A stretch of 62,907 nucleotides of DNA, the filler included, from Octopus bimaculoides (Eukaryota): NCBI RefSeq assembly GCF_001194135.2. It is 6 parts of 6 records of this genome, joined end to end, with 100 filler letters (N's around TTAATTAATTAA, not from the genome) between each part and the next. Parts side by side here need not be neighbours in the genome. Positions count along the whole stretch, not along the records: positions 1 to 10,794 come from NC_068986.1; positions 10,895 to 42,625 come from NC_068991.1; 4 more parts are not named here. The stretch is one strand, 5' to 3'. Position numbers and translations under genes: made by a program. Below, one piece after another: positions 1-10,926 of the stretch. A model generated the notes under the pieces. The model was not told the origin of the DNA. It saw only the letters and a list, made by a program, of their open reading frames with translations, and searched no databases. Numbering within the stretch: position 1 is the first letter of the stretch; the number at the start of each line of letters is the position of its first letter.

Positions 1-46
1 TATATATATATATACACGCATATTTGTGTAAGTGTATACATAAATG

Positions 47-90
<44 letters not shown>

Positions 91-342
91 CGGTGGGGGT
101 GTCTGTGTGTCTTTATTTATAGAAATGTATTTGAAACAAACGAGACAAACTGAAAAAGCTAAATGACGACGAAGTAAAGAACACAATTGAACTAAGTTGC
201 ACAACGAGGTTATTGGGCGGATGTTCATTAGCTTAAAGATTATCTCAAAGAATAGAGATCAAATTCTGAGTCACTTAAATATTAACCCTACGCATTATCC
301 TAAGTCTGGACCTAAACCTCACCCCCAACTCCACAGAGAGCT

Positions 343-375
343 TATATAAGAACGTCATTTTAAGGCAACTCAATC
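343..375 (+). promoter_or_regulatory. TATA box (TATATAAG, 343-350) with initiator-like TCAATC (370-375) about 29 nt downstream; probable core promoter of the CBM14 gene
   Basis: Canonical TATA-to-Inr spacing, 109 nt upstream of the ATG at 481. Confidence 0.6.
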
Positions 376-480
376 ACACACGCCGAGGTTACCAGTCTGT
401 CGTGATAGCTTACCAGTCTCTTTTTGCAGACCATTCGTCTTAACTCATCTTCGATTTTACGACTGACAAAGATTACGATA

Positions 481-757
481 ATGAAATTCCATGTTGCAGT
501 CGCCGTTCTCTTGATCGCAGTATCAGCGGTTTATTGTAAAAACATCATGACTCTGTGTAAACAAGTACAAACAAGAATAGGTGCAAATTACGTTAGGTCG
601 CCAAAGAACTGCAGTGAATTCTACTTTTGCAACCCCTTGTACCCGCAACCATTGTCGTGTGGTAAATACACGGTGTTTTCACAATCACAACAAGTGTGTG
701 TGTGGAAACACAGCCAGTATGATGACTGCAACCGTCATATTTATGGAGGAAGATTCA
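481..757 (+). CDS. Coding exon 1 of a secreted chitin-binding protein: signal peptide plus CBM14 (peritrophin-A / chitin-binding type 2) domain 1
   Basis: MKFHVAVAVLLIAVSAVYC is a signal-peptide-like start. The 6-Cys pattern is C..SPKNCSEFYFC..LSCGKYTVFSQSQQVC..DDC. A phase-1 donor TTCA|GTAAG lies at 757/758, exactly where the ORF runs into a (TAT)n microsatellite. Confidence 0.9.
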
Positions 758-764
758 GTAAGAT

Positions 765-895
765 AAATGTTGATTATTATTATTATTATTATTATTATTG
801 TTGTTGTTATTATCATTATTATTATTATTATTATTATCATTATTGTTATTACTATTATTATTGTTATCGCCTTCATTATCCTTATTATTATTACA
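765..895. repeat. (TAT/TGT/CAT)n trinucleotide microsatellite at the start of intron 1
   Basis: Directly visible; it produces the spurious poly-Tyr tail of ORF 424-921. Confidence 0.95.
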
Positions 896-991
896 AACAA
901 AACATAGTGATAAGATTTTAATTAACGATCTACAGTCATTTTTTTTGTTTCTAGTTTTGGTATGTTTATATGCACATATGTTATTATGTAT

Positions 992-1032
<41 letters not shown>

Positions 1033-1164
1033 GAGAGAGGGGCAATTATGCGAATAGACAAATGATATATTAAATATAATAGTTTGGGTATGAAAAAAAT
1101 ATATTTGTATACATATATATGTATGTGTATACGCATATATATATATAGTTGGAATTTATTAAAA

Positions 1165-1335
1165 AAAAAAGAAACAAAAGACGAAGACGGGTGTGTAAAC
1201 AACAAACGTGTATTAGTTAAACGTTCGGGAAGTCAGAAAGTCTTTTACGTTTCGAGCCTACGCTCTTCAGCAGAAAGGAACACAGGAATAAACAGAGAGA
1301 GACAATAAAAAACAGGTTTAGTGGCTAGCGATAAA
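1165..1335 (-). mobile_element. Penelope-like (pLTR-type) short repeat, copy 1
   Basis: Homologous to 15548-15737, 61333-61415 and 62412-62600; carries the GAAGAGCGTAGGCTCGAAACGT motif. Confidence 0.65.
1242..1277 (-). ncRNA. Minimal type I hammerhead-ribozyme-like motif with variant core
   Basis: CUUU-CUGCUGA-A-GAGC(GUAG)GCUC-GAAAC-GUA-AAAG; stems I and II pair perfectly. Confidence 0.55.
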
Positions 1336-1388
1336 AGAAAGCAAAAAAATGGAGACCTCCAGACGATGAATATATTGATATTTCTACG

Positions 1389-1728
1389 AATAGATCCAGC
1401 TTACACAGTGTACAAACGACAGAGAAAATTAAATGAGTGAAAGAAAGGTGTTATACGTTCAACAGCTGTTCCTGGGAGCTCAGAGATTCATGATAATGCT
1501 CAGAGATGTAGTTCATCACGATATGCGGCCGTAATGGAATATTTGAACTTCTCTGAAATGTAAGATCTTTGTACCCTGATGACGGAAAATCCATATTGTG
1601 TTCAACCACATCTACCAGCATTATAATGAATCTCCAAGCCCCAGAGACACCTGTCGAATTTCTGACACCTTTCTCTCACCCTTTTAATTTTCTCCGTCGT
1701 TTGTAATCTGTGTAGGAGCGATCTATTA
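1389..1728. mobile_element. MITE-like element with imperfect terminal inverted repeats of about 60 bp
   Basis: 1389-1451 (AATAGATC..TACACAGTGTACAAACGACAGAGAAAATTAAATGAGTGAAAGAAAGGTGT) is the imperfect reverse complement of 1665-1728. Confidence 0.6.
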
Positions 1729-2019
1729 ATATAGTTGCCTGTATATTTATACTTAAAAAATTCATCGTCTGAAAGTCTCTATTTTTGGCTTTTTCTTGTT
1801 TTGCATTTGTACATACATATACATATTTTGCATTTCGTAGACTAACTATTATACTTATTTATCCGCATAGTTGGTTATATATCCGCTCAACTCGATCCCT
1901 CTAATAGCCATTCTTTACCCTATCGAATCGATTCCCAGTAAAGACATCGGAGTCTAAGTTTGAATCTTTTCAGCACTAAGTGTGTTCTATACTGAGAATA
2001 TCTGGATCTCATCAGTGGA

Positions 2020-2108
<89 letters not shown>

Positions 2109-2827
2109 TTTACATATATATATATATATACATACATACATACATTATATATACACATATATACATATATATATATGTATACATACATTATATATACACA
2201 CACACATATATATATACATATACATTATATATACATATATATACACATATATACATATATATGCATATATATATATACATATATATATATACATATTTAC
2301 ATATGTGTGTATGTATGTATATATATATATATACATATGCATATATATATATGTATATATGTATATATATATATATATATGTGTGTGAGTAAAAATAAAT
2401 ACAAAAACAAGGAGGTTTTGTATGATTGTGTATAGAGGAATATATTATTTTGTTTAAAAGAGTTCCAACTCTGCTTTTTATGTTTTATTTATATTCCTGC
2501 AAAACCAATGTGGGATATAGAATATGGAATATACAATATATAATATAAAATAAAAATGTATGGTACAATGAAATAAAGTATTGAATGTCTTATTGAATAT
2601 ATGGAATATGTCTTATTGAATAGATGAAATATTGAGTGTTCAATATAAAGGATTAAATATATAAAGGCGAATACGTATTTTCTATACCTTGTGGTATTTC
2701 ATCACGGCCGGTATGACAGACTTTAACAGACTGTATATATATATATATATACATACATACATATACATACATACACATACATATATTCATACATATACAT
2801 ATACACATACATATATATACACATACA

Positions 2828-2869
<42 letters not shown>

Positions 2870-3392
2870 NNNNNNNNNNNNNNNNNNNNNNNNNNNNNNN
2901 NNNNNNNNNNNNNNNNNNNNNNNNNNNNNNNNNNNNNNNNNNNNNNNNNNNNNNNNNNNNNNNNNNNNNNNNNNNNNNNNNNNNNNNNNNNNNNNNNNNN
3001 NNNNNNNNNNNNNNNNNNNNNNNNNNNNNNNNNNNNNNNNNNNNNNNNNNNNNNNNNNNNNNNNNNNNNNNNNNNNNNNNNNNNNNNNNNNNNNNNNNNN
3101 NNNNNNNNNNNNNNNNNNNNNNNNNNNNNNNNNNNNNNNNNNNNNNNNNNNNNNNNNNNNNNNNNNNNNNNNNNNNNNNNNNNNNNNNNNNNNNNNNNNN
3201 NNNNNNNNNNNNNNNNNNNNNNNNNNNNNNNNNNNNNNNNNNNNNNNNNNNNNNNNNNNNNNNNNNNNNNNNNNNNNNNNNNNNNNNNNNNNNNNNNNNN
3301 NNNNNNNNNNNNNNNNNNNNNNNNNNNNNNNNNNNNNNNNNNNNNNNNNNNNNNNNNNNNNNNNNNNNNNNNNNNNNNNNNNNNNNNNNNNN

Positions 3393-3423
<31 letters not shown>

Positions 3424-3536
3424 GCGCGCGCGTGTGCCATACGTACACATAAATATACGTACTAAACACTACAAATAGACAAGGTAAATAACTGTAGACT
3501 TTTCATTAAAACTATATTGATATGCTTTTTTTGTAG

Positions 3537-3724
3537 ATGACCCTCTCTGTAAACCATACCTATCTGGATGCAACCGTGATCCTCAAGACTGCCATAGGTT
3601 TATTCCTTGCTATAACGGAACTTCGTATCCTTCCATGGCATGCCAATCAGGTCTTTTTTTTAACGTCCAACTACAAAGATGTACCGGTCAAAGCCAGGCA
3701 AATTGCAGGAAACTATGTAAGTGA
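3537..3724 (+). CDS. Coding exon 2 of the chitin-binding protein: CBM14 domain 2 (stop at 3722-3724 if unspliced)
   Basis: Acceptor TTTTTTTGTAG|AT is phase-compatible with exon 1. Translation: (N)DPLCKPYLSGCNRDPQDCHRFIPCYNGTSYPSMACQSGLFFNVQLQRCTGQSQANCRKLCK*. A possible donor T|GTAAGT at 3716/3717 overlaps the end; AATAAA at 3834-3839. Confidence 0.88.
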
Positions 3725-4410
3725 CTTTTTGATGTTTACTTCTATCATATACCTCTCTTCAATTCATTTTTTTTGTGTCTATTCTTACCTATGATCGTGA
3801 CTGTCTGATAATGACCCAAGCTGTTTGACTGCGAATAAAATTGGTCGAAACGGATTTTACCTAACAGATTCCTGAAATAACTCGACACGGTGTGTAGCTC
3901 TGAGGTCAGGGATAGGTGTCTCTGCATGTCATGTTGCTACTTCTCCGCATTGAAAGGTCACAGCTCTGGTGCTGTAGACATAGGATTAGAACGTCACGGG
4001 AAAGAATCGCAAAACGGATTCTTCAAGCCGAGCCAACCGGAAGAAGACTTAGAAGTACACCAAGAACGAGATAGTTGAGTAATATCGATAATTTGAGTTA
4101 GTCACGCATGGAAATCCAGCCCGAACCTGTAATGACAGTTGCTTCTGATATGATCCTATGGAGGGGATGTTTGAGGATTCTACACCTACGGAGAAAATGG
4201 ATAGAAGATCTCGCATTCTATTCTTCAAAGTTCTAGATTTTGTTATGTGAAAATGCTCAATAACTTGTGGCTGTAGTAAAAGAAATCAGACGAATCGTTT
4301 TAGATTATGTGTACGAAAATATATCTCAAATCACTTTATTACGACATCACCGTATCATAGAGAAAAAATAGCATTCAGGGGAAAAAAAGGGTTTTCCTTA
4401 AGTTTTTATT

Positions 4411-4568
4411 GGCGCAGACATGGCTGTGTGGTAAAAAGCTTGCTTCCCAACCACATGGTTCTGTTCCGGGTTCAGTCCCACTGCGTGGCACCCTGGCTAA
4501 GAGTCTTCTGTAATAGCCACGGGCCGACCAAAGCCTTGTGACAGAAACTGAAAGAAGCCCGTCATATG
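4411..4568 (+). mobile_element. tRNA-derived SINE family A, 5' part
   Basis: Head GGCGCAGACATGGCTGTGTGGTAA..GGTTCAGTCCC; matches the full copies at 43160 and 5874. Confidence 0.85.
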
Positions 4569-4939
4569 TGTGTGTGTGTGTGTGTGTGTGTGTTTGTGTA
4601 TTTGCGTGTGTTTGTCTTAAACATATCTCCTTCTGCGTGCATATATACTACCGAACAAACATGATTTTTATTGAACTACTAATACTTTTTGCTGAATACT
4701 CTCTTGTAAACTGTTTTTAACATTTTCTTATTATTATCAAAGAATATATATATATAAGTATTTTAATACTTTTGTGACAACCAGTACTTAACACAAGAAA
4801 GCTTATACAAAGCTTTACATTTTACTTTTGACAATCGTTTTCTCAAAAAGTGAACAAACATCTTTAAAATTGCATTATCAAACCGTCTTTCATATATATT
4901 TCCACCCGTGTGGTATCTTACAACTTTACTTTATTATTA

Positions 4940-4973
<34 letters not shown>

Positions 4974-5110
4974 ATACACACAATACATAAGTGCCACATA
5001 TTAGAGGAGGCTCTCAGAAATAACAGTGTAGCAAAACGGCGGTGCTACAGCATGGCCATAGCTCTGAGCTGCAACTTCAAAGAAAAAATACAAAAAGATA
5101 TACATATACA

Positions 5111-5158
<48 letters not shown>

Positions 5159-5873
5159 ATATATATATATGTGTGTGTGTGTNNNNNNNNNNNNNNNNNN
5201 NNNNNNNNNNNNNNNNNNNNNNNNNNNNNNNNNNNNNNNNNNNNNNNNNNNNNNNNNNNNNNNNNNNNNNNNNNNNNNNNNNNNNNNNNNNNNNNNNNNN
5301 NNNNNNNNNNNNNNNNNNNNNNNNNNNNNNNNNNNNNNNNNNNNNNNNNNNNNNNNNNNNNNNNNNNNNNNNNNNNNNNNNNNNNNNNNNNNNNNNNNNN
5401 NNNNNNNNNNNNNNNNNNNNNNNNNNNNNNNNNNNNNNNNNNNNNNNNNNNNNNNNNNNNNNNNNNNNNNNNNNNNNNNNNNNNNNNNNNNNNNNNNNNN
5501 NNNNNNNNNNNNNNNNNNNNNNNNNNNNNNNNNNNNNNNNNNNNNNNNNNNNNNNNNNNNNNNNNNNNNNNNNNNNNNNNNNNNNNNNNNNNNNNNNNNN
5601 NNNNNNNNNNNNNNNNNNNNNNNNNNNNNNNNNNNNNNNNNNNNNNNNNNNNNNNNNNNNNNNNNNNNNNNNNNNNNNNNNNNNNNNNNNNNNNNNNNNN
5701 NNNNNNNNNNNNNNNNNNNNNNNNNNNNNNNNNNNNNNNNNNNNNNNNNNNNNNNNNNNNNNNNNNNNNNNNNNNNNNNNNNNNNNNNNNNNNNNNNNNN
5801 NNNNNNNNNNNNNNNNNNNNNNNNNATATATATGTATGTATATACATATATATATATGTATACAATACATATT

Positions 5874-6085
5874 TACTCTTTTGTTCTTTTACTTGTTTCA
5901 GTTTTTTGACTGCGGCCATACTGGAGCACCGCCTTTAGTCGAGCAAATCGACCCCAGGACTTATTCTTTGTAAGCCTAGCACTTATTCTATCGGTCTCTT
6001 TTCCCGAACCGCTACGTTACGGGGACGCAAACACACCACCATCGGTTGTCAAGCAATGTTGGGGGGGACAAACACAGACACAAAA

Positions 6086-6116
<31 letters not shown>

Positions 6117-6293
6117 CATATACGTATATACGACGAGCTTCTTTCAGTTTCCGTCTACCATATCCACTCACAAGGCTTTGGTCGGCCCGAGGCTATAGTA
6201 GAAGACACTTGCCCAAGGTGCCACGCAGTGGGAATGAACCCGGAAACATGTGTTTGGTAAGCAAGCTACTTACCACGCAGCTATTCCAGTGCC
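5874..6293 (-). mobile_element. SINE family A, full length
   Basis: tRNA-like head, central (TG/TA)n, body ending CCGCAGTCAAAAACTGAAACAAGTAAAAG. Confidence 0.9.
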
Positions 6294-6297
6294 TATG

Positions 6298-6512
6298 CTT
6301 ACCACACAGCTACCCCTGCGTCTACACTTACCACACAGCTACCCCTGCGTCTACACTTACCACACAGCTACCCCTGCGTCTACACTTACTNNNNNNNNNN
6401 ACTTACCACACAGCTACCCCTGCGTCTACACTTACCACACAGCTACCCCTGCGTCTACACTTACCACACAGCTACCCCTGCGTCTACACTTACTACACAG
6501 CCACTCCTGCGA
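6298..6512 (-). repeat. 29-bp minisatellite derived from the SINE A 5' end
   Basis: Unit CTTACCACACAGCTACCCCTGCGTCTACA, about 6 copies with a 10-N gap, ending in an unaltered SINE head. Confidence 0.9.
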
Positions 6513-7992
6513 CTATGGAATTTTTCTTAAACGTTATCTCAGAGAATGTGATATTTTGGCCTATTTCCATTATTTCATTATTAGTACCAATTATTGTGCG
6601 TAGCAGACTTACGCTCATCAGGTTTTCTAACCTACGACACTCGATCTCCCATCTGTAATATCGCCGTATTAGTTGTAGACTCATATTACTGATACTTTTC
6701 AACATTAAAAGACAAAACTGTCCGCTATATACGCTGGCAAATTCACGTTACATAAGCCCATAATTCCTTAAAGGAAAAAATATAATATAATATCTCAGTA
6801 AGAATTAGATACATCAGATACATGGTAGGGATATTTTTTTACTTCATATTTTACGTATAACAAAGAAAATATTAACTGATGCATTTTAGTATGTCTTTTA
6901 ATGTTTGATATTTTTGAATATTTCAGAAATGGCTTTCGACTTCAGCAACGATGATCCAGATGATTTTTCTTTAACGATACGTCTTTCGAAGCAGTAATAT
7001 TTAGATGGTGTGAGACGTTTTTGAGCAGCCAACTTGGCGCCGACTGTTTGGCGTCGCTGATCCCATGCTGGCTTATTTGACATCAGTCGTTTTAATGTTT
7101 CTCTCTTTCTGTCCCTCTCTCCTCCTCTCTCTTTGTGTATGTGAGGATATGGAAAATTTGTATGTCAGTTCCTTTCAATTAATAAATTGTAATGCCTCTT
7201 CCTTNNNNNNNNNNNNNNNNNNNNNNNNNNNNNNNNNNNNNNNNNNNNNNNNNNNNNNNNNNNNNNNNNNNNNNNNNNNNNNNNNNNNNNNNNNNNNNNN
7301 NNNNNNNNNNNNNNNNNNNNNNNNNNNNNNNNNNNNNNNNNNNNNNNNNNNNNNNNNNNNNNNNNNNNNNNNNNNNNNNNNNNNNNNNNNNNNNNNNNNN
7401 NNNNNNNNNNNNNNNNNNNNNNNNNNNNNNNNNNNNNNNNNNNNNNNNNNNNNNNNNNNNNNNNNNNNNNNNNNNNNNNNNNNNNNNNNNNNNNNNNNNN
7501 NNNNNNNNNNNNNNNNNNNNNNNNNNNNNNNNNNNNNNNNNNNNNNNNNNNNNNNNNNNNNNNNNNNNNNNNNNNNNNNNNNNNNNNNNNNNNNNNNNNN
7601 NNNNNNNNNNNNNNNNNNNNNNNNNNNNNNNNNNNNNNNNNNNNNNNNNNNNNNNNNNNNNNNNNNNNNNNNNNNNNNNNNNNNNNNNNNNNNNNNNNNN
7701 NNNNNNNNNNNNNNNNNNNNNNNNNNNNNNNNNNNNNNNNNNNNNNNNNNNNNNNNNNNNNNNNNNNNNNNNNNNNNNNNNNNNNNNNNCACACAACCAC
7801 ATTGCGCCTATTTATGAAATAAGCCATGCTATATATATGAGCCTAATATGTCAAAATTGATATACAGAGAAATTCCAATAGATAAGGTCTATATAATCTG
7901 CTCAAAATACTTAACGACAAAATTTTCCGTAAACAGCCGATTGCTGTCGCGTTTAAATCATTTTCTCTTTCCAAGTATTTTTTCTGTAAAGA

Positions 7993-8257
7993 AATAATAA
8001 TAATAAATGCGCCCTTTCAAAGCTTTAGCCAGGCTCATGGGCCCGGTTTCCCGGTTTCAATGGCGTATGTTTTCCCCAGCTGGACGGGACGCCAGTCCAT
8101 CGCAGCGTTACTCATTTTTTGCCAACTGAGTAGACTGGGGCAACGTGAAATGAAGTGTTTTGCTCAAGAACACAACGCGTCACCCGGTCCAGGAATCGAA
8201 ACCACAATCTTACGATCATAATGCTGATACCCTAACCACTGAGCCACGCGTATCCAC
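7993..8257 (-). mobile_element. tRNA-derived SINE family D (CORE-like middle, V/Meta-like 3' part, (AAT)n tail)
   Basis: Head TGGCTCAGTGGTTAGGG..GGTTTCGATTCC; TGTGTTCTTGAGCAAAACACTT core; CTGCGATGGACTGGCGTCCCGTCCAG 3' segment. Confidence 0.75.
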
Positions 8258-8728
8258 ATTTTTTCCGTACGTTACGCAAACTTAGCTTCGATGAAAATCT
8301 TCTGGATAACTGTTTTATCGCTCTGTTGATTTTTCCTCAAGTAAAGCATTACAGTTTGGTTCCGTATTTGAACTTCTCCATTTATTTAGACAATAATGTA
8401 ACATTTATAAAAATATTTTGAAAAACCAAAGGATAAAACAAGCACGTGCATATTTCAAAACATTTAAAAAAAACCAGAAGAAATCAGTTTATCATTCCAC
8501 TTATTTTTATCCATGATAGTGCTTCTGTAATTGATATTCCATAATTCTGTAATTGATATTCCATTGGTAGTCCATAAACTAGCCTCCACGCTTATTTTCG
8601 TCTTCGTTCACAACCGTAAGCAGCAGATACTCAACATAATTTCTTCTAGACTCTTTTTATGTATTCCTCTTGTCCAGTAACTGCTTATACAGCGACGTTA
8701 TAATGATGTAACATTATACTAGATGTGA

Positions 8729-8900
8729 AGGCGGTGAGCTGGTAGAAACGTTAGCAGGCCGAGCGAAATGCTTAGCGGTATTTCGTCTACCGTTACGTTC
8801 CGAGTTCAAATTCCGTCGAAGTCGACTTTACTTTTCATCGTGTCGATCTAATCAACTGACCGGCTCCCCGAAAATTTTGGGCCTTTTCCCTAGAATATAG
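8729..8900 (+). mobile_element. SINE family B, internally deleted, with a perfect 16-bp target-site duplication
   Basis: ATTATACTAGATGTGA at 8713-8728 and 8901-8916. Confidence 0.88.
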
Positions 8901-9460
8901 ATTATACTAGATGTGATTACAAATTATTGATAGCAGAAGACAAGACTACTGAGCTGTATTGATTTTTCCCACAAGTAAAGCGTTAATTGTAGCACTCTGT
9001 GGGCCAGTTACGATTTTTGCATGACGTATAACTAACCGAGATTACAACATTTCCTCCTGAACGAGACGCTAGACCGTCGCTGAGTTACTCCTTTACGTCC
9101 GAGTGTACTGGATCAATGTAAAAAGAGTGTTTTCACCGCGATCTTGTGAAGATGAGTGCAACATCCTAACCACTAAACCAGACGAATTGACCTTTCTACA
9201 AATTGTTGTGGAATTATGTAAAACAGTTGAATGAAGGTACTGGAGTGGAGTCTTAATGGGTACCATTTATTGTCGTAAAACTGAAACCAGATAGAGAAGA
9301 TATACTTATCTGTGGTGATGACAATGTAGGCGATAATCACAGAATATGTTCGAGCTCTTATCCCTCAGCTGATATTACTTTCTACTATAGGCACAAGGCC
9401 TAAAATTTTAGTGTGGGTGCTAATCGATAACATCGACTCCAGTGCTTAACTAGTATATAT

Positions 9461-10128
9461 TTCTGATTTCTTTATTGCCCACAAGGGGCTAAACACTGAG
9501 GGGACAAGCAAGGACAGACAAAGGGATTAAGTCGGTTGCATCGACCCCAGTGCGTAACTGGTACTTAATTTGTCGACCCCGAAAGGATGAAAGATAAAGT
9601 CGACCTCGGCGGAATTTGAACTCAGAACGTAACGGCAGACGAAATACCGCTAAACATTTCGCCCGGCGCGCTAACGTTTCTTATTTCTTTCTTGCCCACA
9701 AGGGGCTAAACATAGAGGGGACAAACAAGGTCAGACAAAGGGATTAAGTCAATTACATCGACCTCAGTGCGTAACTGGTACTTAATTCACTGACCCCGAA
9801 AGGATGAAAGGCAAAGTCGACCTCGGTGGAATTTGAACTCAGAACGTAGAGACGGACAAATACCGCTAAGCATTCCGGCCGGCGTACTAACGTTTCTTAT
9901 TCCTTTATTGCCCGCAAGGGGCTAACCATAGAGGGGACAAACAAGGACAGACAAAGGGATTAAGTCGATTACATCGACCTCTGTGCGTAACTGGTACTTA
10001 ATTTATCGACCCCGAAAGGATGAAAGGTAAAGTCGACCTCGGCGGAATTTGAAATCAGAACGTAACGGCAGACGAAATACCGCTAAACATTTCGCCCAGC
10101 GTGCTAACGTTTCTGCCAGCTCGCTGCC
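9461..10128 (-). mobile_element. Head-to-tail trimer of SINE family B (unit about 216 bp)
   Basis: Three near-identical units start at about 9461, 9678 and 9894; only the rightmost keeps the complete GGCAGCGAGCTGGCAG head. Confidence 0.9.
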
Positions 10129-10129
10129 T

Positions 10130-10440
10130 TGCTAGTATCTATTTCTATTGACCCCGAAATAGATGAAAGGCAAAGTAGACCACGGCGGAATTTGAACTCA
10201 GATCATAAAGACGGACAAATTACTGCTAAGCATTTAGTCGGGCGCGCTAACGATTTTACCTGCTTGCCGCTTTATCCAATACCTAATATTAAATCCACCG
10301 TTCAAATTCCACCGCGGTCGACTTTACCTTTCATCAATTCAGGATCGATAAAGTAAGCACCAGTTGAGTACTTGAGCGGTTGTACTCAACTTACCCCATC
10401 CTCCAAAATAGCCTTGTGACAAAATTTTGAACCAGTATTA
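10130..10440. mobile_element. Two further partial SINE B copies (minus 10130-10270, plus about 10298-10440)
   Basis: Shared GAGTTCAAATTCC..GGTCGACTTTACCTTTCATC motifs. Confidence 0.8.
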
Positions 10441-10633
10441 AATCCTCCGTTCACTCATTGACTTGAATGAAACATTGAGGTGCACAGCTCCAAATTCAAA
10501 CTGATCGTCATTCGAATATGGTGGCATTCAGCAGAATACTCCAAAGGGTGAACAAGTAAATTGAATTTAAGTATTTGAATTTCGAACAAGTTATTTATTT
10601 CAGTCTTCACTGCCATTTACAGTCCTACAGTTA

Positions 10634-10794
10634 TACTCTTTTACTTGTTTCAGTCATTTGACTGCGGCCATGCTGGAGCACCGCCTTTAGTCGAGCAAAT
10701 CGATCCCAGGAATTATTCTTTGGATGCCTGGTACTTATTCTATCGGTCTCTTTTGCCGAACCGCTAAGTTACGGGGGACATAAACACACCAGCA
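10634..10794 (-). mobile_element. SINE family A, 3' part, running into a gap
   Basis: TACTCTTTTACTTGTTTCAGTCATTTGACTGCGGCCATGCTGG. Confidence 0.85.
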
Positions 10795-10894
10795 NNNNNN
10801 NNNNNNNNNNNNNNNNNNNNNNNNNNNNNNNNNNNNNNTTAATTAATTAANNNNNNNNNNNNNNNNNNNNNNNNNNNNNNNNNNNNNNNNNNNN

Positions 10895-10926
<32 letters not shown>

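Noticed and set aside
758-921. Poly-Tyr/His/Cys tail of ORF 424-921
   Set aside because: Lies beyond the splice donor at 758 and is a (TAT)n intronic microsatellite.
6590-6625. Minus-strand CUGAUGA-GCGUA(loop)UACGC resembling a hammerhead
   Set aside because: Followed by ACAA instead of GAAA, and no stem I partner can be found.
8190-8257. tRNA-like heads of the SINEs (also 17191, 41008, 43160)
   Set aside because: They have A/B boxes but no complete cloverleaf and continue directly into SINE bodies; not tRNA genes.
10839-10850. TTAATTAATTAA embedded in N runs (also near 42670, 54249, 57350 and 58883)
   Set aside because: The same 12-mer with stops in all six frames, always centred in a gap: an assembly or scaffolding spacer, not biology.
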